Assembly: GCA_964016885.1 (NCBI GenBank)
Contig: OZ024766.1
Location: 4,402,001-4,466,000, forward strand
Length of the DNA: 64,000 bases
Direction: 5' to 3'
Source of the DNA: Eledone cirrhosa
Taxonomy: Eukaryota
Part shown: piece by piece, positions 54,346 through 64,000 of the stretch
How the letters are laid out: every line of letters starts with the position of its first letter
Numbering within the stretch: position 1 is the stretch's first letter
The notes under the pieces: generated by a model
The model's database searches: none
What the model was told of the DNA's origin: nothing
What the model saw: only the letters and a program-made list of their open reading frames with translations
Position numbers and translations under genes: made by a program

Positions 54346-54589
54346 TATAGGTATATATACACTAATATACAATGACAGGAATAAATATATAAACGATAGC
54401 TCCACTGATCACTAAAGTATTATATATACACTCACTGTAGGTATATATACTTATGATTCAACACCTCCACAGATCTCACTAATATATATATATACATACA
54501 TTCTATATATATATACACCTCGTTTGTTTGTTTATAATATAACTCCACAGATTTCACTAATTTATATATATACATTTCTATACGTATAT

Positions 54590-54990
54590 ATACACTTTTA
54601 TAGGTATATATACTTCTAATGTATTATATATACACTTTTATAGGTATATATACTTCTAATGTATTATATATACACTTATATAGGTATATATACTTCTAAT
54701 GTATTATATATACACTTTTATAGGTATATATACTTCTAATGTATTATATATACACTTATATAGGTATATATACTTCTAATGTATTATATATACACTTTTA
54801 TAGGTATATATACTTCTAATGTATTATATATACACTTATATAGGTATATATACTTCTAATGTATTATATATACACTTTTATAGGTATATATACTTCTAAT
54901 GTATTATATATATACTTCTAATGTATTATATATACACTTATATAGGTATATACACTTCTAATGTATTATATATACATTTCTATAGGTATA
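54590..54990. repeat. 40-bp minisatellite
   Basis: 'taggtatatatacttctaatgtattatatatacactt(t/a)ta'. Confidence 0.88.
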
Positions 54991-55329
54991 TATTTTAATG
55001 TATATACATGATGTCTAAAGACCGTCGATCCACTTCTTGAACATAGTCGTATATATAAATATAACATACTTGTATGTTCGTACATGTATGTGTATATATT
55101 TAAATATATACACATATGTATATATTTAAATATATACACATACATAGACTTCTATAAGTATATATATGGTAATAAACGAAAGATATATACTTTATTATAT
55201 GTATTATATAGATATAAAGTTTTATGTATAACATAAAGCAAAGCAGGTGCCCCTCACACAAAATACAGAGATGTATAATGTTTTCATATGTTGGTAGGCA
55301 AACAAGCTGGACAGATCGATGACTACCAG

Positions 55330-55360
<31 letters not shown>

Positions 55361-55469
55361 CTATTTTATTAATATTAATAACTCTGGAAAATATTTTTTT
55401 ACTTGTAGAGTGCTTCCAATCTACTGTAAAACTCATTCTTTGATGTACTCATTGAATCTTGTTTAACTC

Positions 55470-55928
55470 ATATATATGTGTGTGTATATATATATATGTA
55501 TGTGTGTGTGTATATATATATGTATGTGTGTGTATATATATATATGTATGTGTGATATATGTGTGTGTATATATATATATGTATGTGTGTGTGTATATAT
55601 ATGTATGTGTGTATATATATATATGTATGTGTGTGTATATATATATATGTATGTGTGTGTATATATATATGTATGTATGTGTGTGTATATATATATATGT
55701 ATGTGTGTATATATATATGTATGTGTGTGTATATATATATGTATGTGTGTGTATATATATATATGTATGTGTGTGTGTATATATATATGTATGTGTGTAT
55801 ATATATATATGTGTGTGTGTATATATATATGTATGTGTGTGTATATATATATATATGTATGTGTGTGTATATATATATATGTATGTGTGTGTATATATAT
55901 ATATATGTGTGTGTATATATATATATAT
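55470..55928. repeat. Compound (TA)n/(TG)n microsatellite
   Basis: Seen directly. Confidence 0.95.
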
Positions 55929-56191
55929 AATGAAATAAAATTTAACGTAGTTTATTTTTATTTAAGATGTTAAATATATTTCTTGCTCCTTTCATGATAT
56001 CCTCGTGTTTTGTTGTAAATTTATTTATGTACAGCCTGTCGTTATATACACTACTCTGATGCATTATATATATATATACACACTACTCTGATCTATTATA
56101 TATACACTACTCTGATATATTATATATACACTACTGTAGGTATATATATACACTACTCTGATCTCTTATATATACACTACTGTGTATATAT

Positions 56192-56430
56192 AGGATGTGT
56201 AGCAGCCTTCTGAAGGACTTGTGCTCTGTGTACAAGGATGTGTAGCAGTCTTCTGAACCACTTGTGCTCTGTGTACAAGGATGTGTAGCAGTCTTCTGAA
56301 CCACTTGTGCTCTGTGTAGCAGCCTTCTGAAGGACTTGTGCTCTGTGTACAAGGATGTGTAGCAGTCTTCTGAACCACTTGTGCTCTGTGTACAAGGATG
56401 TGTAGCAGTCTTCTGAAGGACTTGTGCTCA
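56192..56430. repeat. Short tandem repeat, ~43-bp unit
   Basis: 'aggatgtgtagcagtcttctgaaccacttgtgctctgtgtaca' repeated about 5 times. Confidence 0.8.
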
Positions 56431-57131
56431 AATGACTGGATTCTTCGTTCCATGTCAGCTGTGAGAATCCACCCCTCACACCTGGAAAGACAGTGGGCCC
56501 ACTTGATGTGGGACTGCCATGAGGTGGGGGTTGGCTGTTGTAACGGGTGTCTCTGGCCACTGTCCCCAGTAATTTCTTTCCCCCTTCGTCTGTGAGTCTT
56601 GGATGTAGAGTCTGCCCCCCCCCCCCATCTCCTTTCGTTTGTTGCTTGATCCCTTTAATAGAGTGTTTTGTTTCTAGGTGTATATATATATATGAACGCT
56701 TAACTTTTAACCTACGTGGCATAGAACCAGCCCGGCCCCTCTGATGCCACCCGGACAGGTCGGTTCGCCGGTTTGACCACAAGCACCTGGCTCAACGAAG
56801 TATCCATCGCTTTCGACAGGTACTTAAGCCGCTTGGTCGGGGTATGCCCTCTCATTTAACGTACCCAACGTGGGAACAGGTTTTCCTCTCTTCCGTACTT
56901 AAATGCATATATTTATAGTAAAAGACAGAGTCGGAAGAATTTGATAAAGTTTAATTTCTTTTTATTGACAACGTATTTAAATATATATATCTTTATATTT
57001 ATGTATACATATATATATATATATTACAGTAAAAGACAAAGCTAGAAGAATTTTATAAAGTTTAACATTTATTTTAGTGACAATGTATATAAATGACTTT
57101 CATAGTTTTTCTTATTTCATCTTTCTTACAG

Positions 57132-57345
57132 ATGTCCAGCCCTCTCGGTCTTACAGATGTCCAGCCTTCTCCGTCAGATGCTGTGTTGTTTGCTGCAACC
57201 ACCAAAAGAAAGTTTTGATTGTGAAAGTATTTACAAGTCCAAGTTTCCTGAACAGTGATGAAGTGTCTGTTAATAAAAGAAATGTTTAAATATTATTTGC
57301 GAATTGTATGAATAAAGTTTTTGTTAATAAAGAAATCGTTACATA
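57132..57345 (+). other. Putative terminal non-coding exon
   Basis: Acceptor 'tttttcttatttcatctttcttacAG' (57130-57131), followed by three AATAAA signals (~57272, 57311, 57325). Confidence 0.4.
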
Positions 57346-57689
57346 TTATTTACGAGTTGTGTTCAGTTTATTTTGACAAAAAAAGATTAGCTATTAGTCT
57401 CATAAACAAAGTTCCTGTTGAATTAATCTTTACACATTATATACGAGTTATGTTAATATCAGCTTCCAGACATATAAATGGCTCTAGTCATCGAAAGAAA
57501 CCTCTCGGAATACATTTTAATACAGGAATTAGCTCTTTCAAAGGACAATAATGTCGAATTTGTTTTTTTTTTTTATAAAGGGGAGGTAACTCTCTCTTTG
57601 TTTTTAAATAAAAGGGAGGTAACTCTATTTTTTTTTAATAAAGGGATATAACTCTTTAAAAACATGAGTTGTCTCCCTTGAATGATAAA

Positions 57690-58065
57690 AAATCTAAATG
57701 AAGTGTCTAAAAAGAAATTAAGAATCTGAATGAAGTGTCTAAAAAAAGAATCTAAATGAAGTGTCTAAAAAAAAAGAATCTAAATGAAGTGTCTAAAAAA
57801 AAAAGAATCTAAATGAAGTGTCTAAAAAAAGAATCTAAATGAAGTGTCTAAAAAGAATCTAAGTGAAGTGTCTATAAAAAAAAGAATCTAAATGAAGTGT
57901 CTAAAAAGAATCTAAGTGAAGTGTCTAAAAAAAAAAGAATCTAAATGAAGTGTCTAAAAAAAGAATCTAAATGAAGTGTCTAAAAAAAGAATCTAAATGA
58001 AGTGTCTAAAAAGAATCTAAGTGAAGTGTCTAAAAAAAAAGAATCTAAATGAAGTGTCTAAAAAA
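57690..58065. repeat. ~26-31-bp minisatellite
   Basis: 'gaatctaaatgaagtgtct(a)n'. Confidence 0.9.
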
Positions 58066-59870
58066 AAAAATCTATATGAAACGGGTGTTTTTGAAAAGTC
58101 GAAAAAAAATTCTATATGAAATGAGTGTTTTTCAAAGTGTCGAAAAAAAATCTATATGAAACGGGTGTTTTTGAAAAGTCGAAAAAAAAATCTATATGAA
58201 ATGAGTGTTTTTCAAAGTGTCGAAAAAAAATCTATATGAAACGGGTGTTTTTGAAAAGTCGAAAAAAAAATCTATATGAAATGAGTGTTTTTCAAAGTGT
58301 CGAAAAAAAATCTATATGAAACGGGTGTTTTTGAAAAGTCGAAAAAAAAATCTATATGAAATGAGTGTTTTTCAAAGTGTCGAAAAAAAATCTATATGAA
58401 ACGGGTGTTTTTGAAAAGTCGAAAAAAAAATCTATATGAAATGAGTGTTTTTCAAAGTGTCGAAAAAAAATCTATATGAAACGGGTGTTTTTGAAAAGTC
58501 GAAAAAAAAATCTATATGAAATGAGTGTTTTTCAAAGTGTCGAAAAAAAATCTATATGAAACGGGTGTTTTTGAAAAGTCGAAAAAAAATTCTATATGAA
58601 ATGAGTGTTTTTCAAAGTGTCGAAAAAAAATCTATATGAAACGGGTGTTTTTGAAAAGTCGAAAAAAAATTCTATATGAAATGAGTGTTTTTCAAAGTGT
58701 CGAAAAAAAATCTATATGAAATGAGTGTTTTTCAAAGTGTCAAAAAAAAATCTATATGAAACGGGTGTTTTTGAAAAGTCGAAAAAAAAATCTGTATGAA
58801 ACGAGTGTTTTTCAAAGTGTCGAAAAAAAATCTATATGAAATGAGTGTTTTTGAAAAGTCGAAAAAAAAATCTATATGAAATGAGTGTTTTTGAAAAGTC
58901 GAAAAAAATATCTATATGAAACGGGTGTTTTTGAAAAGTCGAAAAAAAAATCTGTATGAAACGAGTGTTTTTTAAAGTGTCGAAAAAAAATCTATATGAA
59001 ATGAGTGTTTTTGAAAAGTCGAAAAAAAAATCTATATGAAACGGGTGTTTTTGAAAAGTCGAAAAAAAAAATCTATATGAAATGAGTGTTTTTCAAAGTG
59101 TCGAAAAAAAATCTATATGAAACGGGTGTTTTTGAAAAGTCGAAAAGAAAAATCTATATGAAATGAGTGTTTTTGAAAAGTCGAAAAAAAAATCTATATG
59201 AAACGGGTGTTTTTGAAAAGTCGAAAAAAAAATCTATATGAAATGAGTGTTTTTCAAAGTGTCGAAAAAAAATCTATATGAAACGGGTGTTTTTGAAAAG
59301 TCGAAAAAAAAATCTATATGAAATGAGTGTTTTTCAAAGTGTCGAAAAAAAATCTATATGAAACGGGTGTTTTTGAAAAGTCGAAAAAAAAAAATCTATA
59401 TGAAATGAGTGTTTTTGAAAAGTCGAAAAAAAAAATCTATATGAAATGAGTGTTTTTGAAAAGTCGAAAAAAAAATCTATATGAAACGGGTGTTTTTGAA
59501 AAGTCGAAAAAAAAATCTATATGAAACGGGTGTTTTTGAAAAGTCGAAAAAAAAATCTATATGAAACGGGTGTTTTTGAAAAGTCGAAAAAAAAAAATCT
59601 ATATGAAATGAGTGTTTTTGAAAAGTCGAAAAAAAAATCTATATGAAACGGGTGTTTTTGAAAAGTCGAAAAAAAAATCTATATGAAATGAGTGTTTTTG
59701 AAAAGTCGAAAAAAAAATCTGTATGAAACGGGTGTTTTTCAAAGTGTCGAAAAAAAATCTATATGAAATGAGTGTTTTTGAAAAGTCGAAAAAAAAATCT
59801 ATATGAAATGAGTGTTTTTGAAAGGTCGAAAACAAATTCTATATGGAATTAGTGTTTCTGAAAAGTCGAG
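58066..59870. repeat. 40-bp satellite with A/B alternation (80-bp higher-order unit)
   Basis: 'tctatatgaa' at 58071, 58111, 58151 and onward, alternating 'acgggtgtttttgaaaagtcg' and 'atgagtgtttttcaaagtgtcg'. Confidence 0.93.
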
Positions 59871-60904
59871 AAGAAGAATTCCATGTGAAATGCGTTCAAA
59901 ATGTCCAAAATAAATCTATTTGAAAAGTCGAAAAATCTAAATCAAAATGAATTCTTAAAATCAAGGGAGGTAAAATCCAAGGGGAGATAATCGAGGTTTT
60001 TTTTAGCAAAAAAATTCTCCGAGGTGGTCTGGGACGGGCCAGTATCTACGTACCGGCCCAGACAGTCCCAGGCCCTTTTAGCAGTCGCACGCCACTACGA
60101 AACGAACGTCAGTCACTGGGACCGGCGATACGAGACGCAGCTCGCGCGCCACCTCGAAGGCCGCAATTCTACTGAGTTCCAAACACATACTTATGGGTAC
60201 TTTTCACAATTTTTGTTTAAAAAAAAATAAACGAAACGAAGGGAGGTAATTTGGGGTTCTGGGTAGAGATATTTTTACAAGAAACTTATTAGCGCATTGG
60301 TGGTACTGAGACGATGAGGGATTCGACCTCTGAACCTTTTTGTCTCTATAAATTATGAAATTATATTCATAAAAAATATCGTCTTCAGACCAACGCACTA
60401 ACAATTTTCTCATGAAAATCTCTATTCCGAACGAATTACCTCCATTCATTTCGTTTATATTTTTTTCTTCAATAAATAATTAAAAATATAGATTACTTAC
60501 CTCTATACTGACGCCAGGACCGCTACATTTATTAGGGAGACGCATATAGACATATACGTACATGTGCATATATATATATAAACTTTTACATATTTATTAA
60601 AATAACATATTAAAGTTTAAGCAAAGAATCGTTGTTTTCACCCTTAACGGGATCTTCTGAAATTCTACGGTTCTTATATATTTGATATCTATATTATCCT
60701 TATCGAGCCCTCTTCAGATTTTAGTCCTCATATTTATTATTATTACTAAATTTATATATACACTATAGGCACTGAGCTGGTCAGCCGCAAGGTGTGAGCC
60801 TCGCATGCTGGAACGGCTCTTCCAGGGCATCTCTCACACCATCCTCCGGGGCTGTGGGGCGGCCAACGCAAAGGACCCCATTTGCTCATCATAGTGAGAG
60901 AACA

Positions 60905-61385
60905 GGAGGCGATGAGAGTGGGAGTTTGGTTCCTCTGTGTTAGGACCTGATGTACATGAGAGGTGGGGAGGGTGTGAGATACAGAGGCGATGAAGTTTGG
61001 TTCCCCTGTGTTAGGACCTGGTGTACATGAGAGATGGGGAGGGTGTCAGAGACAGAGGCGATGAAGTTTGGTTCCTCTGTGTTAGGACCTGGTGTACATG
61101 AGAGATGGGGAGGGTGTGAGAGACAGAGGCGATGAAGTTTGGTTCCCCTGTGTTAGGACCTGGTGTACATGAGAGATGGGGAGGGTGTCAGAGACAGAGG
61201 CGATGAAGTTTGGTTCCTCTGTGTTAGGACCTGATGTACATGAGAGATGGGGAGGGTGTGAGAGACAGAGGCGATGAAGTTTGGTTCCTTTGTGTTCGAA
61301 CCTGGTGTACATGAGGGATGGGGAGAGACATATGTGATGACAGTGGGCGTTGGGTTCCTCTGTGTTCGGAACTGGTGTACATCTG
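60905..61385. repeat. 71-bp minisatellite (~6 copies)
   Basis: 'gaggcgatgaagtttggttcc' at 60984, 61055, 61126 and onward. Confidence 0.9.
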
Positions 61386-61999
61386 TGTATATTTTTATAC
61401 TATCAACCCTTTTTTTCTTCCACTTATTCTCCAGACTTTCGCTCAGAACAACAAAGACAAGTGTTTATATATACAACTAACAATCTTCTTATGAAAATCT
61501 ATATTCCGAACGAAATACATCCATTCACTTCATTTATATTTTTTTCTTCAATTAATAATTAAAAATATAGATTACTTACCTCCGTACTGACACCAGTCTC
61601 GCTACATTTATTAGGAAGACATATCCAAAATATAAATGCTGTAAAAATGGGGCTCGATAATGTAGTCGGCGGTGGGTTAATTAGGTAAATATCCATCTGG
61701 AAATATTGCTCCTTGAAGGGCCACACTAGGCGGGCCAGTCTCCCACAGAAGTTCCAGACCAAAGGTAATCCAAGGCGTGTCGAAAAAAACATGAGTTCTT
61801 CGAATCAAGGGAGGTAATATCCAAGGGGAGATAAGTCACATTTAAAAAAACAAAAACATTTTTTTTCTTTTAGTAATAAGTCTGTGAATTAACTTCAAGT
61901 TGGTCTGGGACGGACCAGCATCTACGTGTCGACTCAGATAGTCCCAGGCCCACTTGGCAATATATACACACACACATATATATATAAATATATACACAC

Positions 62000-62280
62000 A
62001 CCCTTAATATGGCCGTATGAGATCCTATGAGAAGTATACACCCTTAAACTGTTTCTTTCACCCTCTAACCTGGTATTGACCAAGGTTTAGCTGGCCGTAG
62101 GATATCTTATGACAACTACACACCCTTAAACTGCTTGAATCACTCTCTAGCCTGGCATTGACCAGGGTTTAGCTGGCCGTAGGAGATCCTATGAGAAGTA
62201 CACACCCTTAAACTGCTTCTTTCTCCCCTTAAACCTGGTATTGACCAGGGTTTAACTGTCTGTAGTAGATCCTAAACTGC
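62000..62280. repeat. ~82-bp degenerate tandem repeat
   Basis: 'tagctggccgtagg...cacccttaaactg...cctggtattgacc' at 62088 and 62170; another copy at ~63095-63200. Confidence 0.75.
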
Positions 62281-62910
62281 TTCTATCGTCTACTAACCAG
62301 ATATTGACCATAGATTTAAAGAAAATATAGAAAGATTGCAGAGACTGGTCAGTGGCAGAAATGAAATAAGAAATTTTCTAAAGAAAAAACACGTCTCTCG
62401 TTGATGCTGGCGTTTTGTGTTAGATGATCTTGTTCTAAAAGGCAGTGATTGAACATGTCTAGCTGAAAAGGAAGACAAATTGTTTAGTATATAAGGCTGT
62501 ACATGTGGGTTTATTATTCATCTGTACGGAGCTAAGAGGATATGTAAGTATAAGAGTGTGTGTGTAAGTATGAAGCTATAAGCATGTGTCTCTGTGTTAG
62601 TTGTTGGTCCACTCAGAGCAGTGAAATAAAGTGTAGAAGGGTTTATTTTTGTTGATCTTTTTAAGCATGTGTATTTCTGACCATATAAATTTGAGTATAT
62701 GTTAGTTAATTACAAACACTTCAGTTTGCATTGTAAAGCACTCAATGGAGTGCGCAACTGATGAGGTGATAGCCTCGCAACCTCTACTGAGATCAGCTCT
62801 CACCACCTCTGCCAAGGTCTTCCTCTACTGTGACTTTCTTCCACTGGGATTTCATGGCACATCTTCACCCAAGAGTCATTATTCCACAGATCCCTCTCAA
62901 GTATCTGCCC

Positions 62911-63091
62911 TTAACCCTTTAGTGTTCAAACCAACCAGAATTCTTTCTGCTGTAACTGGTCGCTTAAACTGATGTTAAGGTAGTGTTCTCAAAATAAATA
63001 CTTTCAAAATCTCATAGATTCGATATTATGGGAGATAAAGCCTTTACCATGAAAATAGAATAGTATATATAATGTGAATGCTAAAGGGTTA
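62911..63091. mobile_element. piggyBac-type MITE
   Basis: TTAA-CCCTTTAG ... CTAAAGGG-TTAA termini. A second copy starts at ~63849 and runs off the window. Confidence 0.6.
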
Positions 63092-63281
63092 AAATGTTTC
63101 TTTCACCTTCTAACCTGGCATTGACTATGGTTTAGCTGGCCTTGGGAGATCTTATAGGAAGTACACAGCCTTAAATGGCTTCTTTCACATTCTTACCTGG
63201 CGTTCATCAGTCGTCTCTCTTGCACGTCACCTCAGATTCCTCTTAAACCTAGGTCTACCTCTACTGCAGCCTTCCTAGGAG

Positions 63282-63758
63282 TGGCTGGTTTGAACAGAAA
63301 GAGGGGAGAGAATTCTGGCCAGATATGGATGGTTTGAACAGAAAGAGGGGAGAGAATTCTGGCCAGATATAGCTGGTTTGAACAGAAAGAGGTGAGAGAA
63401 TTCTGGCCAGATACAGCTGGTTTGAATAGAAAGAGGGGAGAGAATTCTGGCCAGATACAGCTGGTTTGAACAGAAAGAGGTGAGAGAATTCTGGTCAGAT
63501 ATGGCTGGTTTGAATAGAAAGAGGTGAGAGAATTCTGGCCAGATACAGCTGGTTTGAACAGAAAGAAGTGAGAGAATTCTGGCCAGGTACAGCTGGTTTG
63601 AACAGAAAGAGGTGAGAGAATTCTGGCCAGATACAGCTGGTTTGAACAGACCGAGAGAATTCTGGCCAGATACAGCTGGTTTGAACAGAAAGAAGTGAGA
63701 GAATTCTGGCCAGATATGGCTGGTTTGAACAGAAAGAGGTTTAAATGCTAAAGGGTTA
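63282..63758. repeat. 44-bp minisatellite inside a MITE end
   Basis: 'gctggtttgaacagaaagaggtgagagaattctggccagataca' repeated about 10 times, ending in 'tttaaatgctaaagggtta' (MITE TIR). Confidence 0.85.
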
Positions 63759-64000
63759 TACATCTTCAACCAAGAGTCATTATACATACCAATGCAGTCT
63801 TCTCTTCTGCACTGCACAGCACCTCAGATCCCTCTCAAGTATCTGCCCTTAACCCTTTAATGGTCAAACCAACCAGAATTCTCTACCTCTTTCTGCTGTA
63901 ACTGGTCGCTCATACTGATGTTAAGGTAGTGTTCTCAAAATAAATACTTTCAAAATCTCATAGATTCGATATTATGGGAGATAAAGCCTTTACCATGAAA

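Noticed and set aside
55005-55335. Intronic snoRNA in the putative lncRNA
   Set aside because: No convincing C (RTGATGA) and D (CTGA) box pair with terminal stem was seen.
51007-55973. YI/CV-rich ORFs
   Set aside because: Products of (TA)n/(TG)n simple repeats.
56177-56782. 201-aa minus-strand ORF
   Set aside because: Half is tandem repeat (weakly like an RLE-LINE 'LQKTA..HIL' tail) and it crosses (TA)n and poly-C; no recognisable domain.

Overview
Eukaryotic, AT-rich, microsatellite-dense genomic DNA. It is most likely from a coleoid cephalopod (octopus), inferred from the CDICGKSFS...HTGEKP zinc-finger style, (TA)n/(CAT)n tracts and RTE/SINE repeat content; this was not verified by search. 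The first ~39.6 kb is a same-strand tandem cluster of six effector-less C2H2 zinc-finger genes (13, 13, 13, 12, 15 and 9 fingers). Each has a conserved putative non-coding first exon and a single coding exon. The cluster arose through a young ~5.25-kb duplication tier (genes 1-4) and an older ~9-kb tier (spacers after genes 4 and 5). The finger arrays are mosaics that appear to exchange finger modules, vary mainly in the recognition helix, and end in decayed fingers after the stop. Spacers and introns carry RTE LINE fragments, tRNA-derived SINEs, Penelope-like inverted repeats with hammerhead-like cores, and a 185-bp-arm palindrome. The last ~24 kb is a field of tandem arrays (46/59, ~49, 81, 615, ~47, ~24, 40/80, 71, ~82, 44 bp), several visibly derived from transposon pieces. 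It also holds a housekeeping-type promoter (NRF1-like x2, YY1-like, splice donor) that may drive a spliced non-coding RNA. All coordinates and alignments were read by eye; repeat boundaries are approximate.
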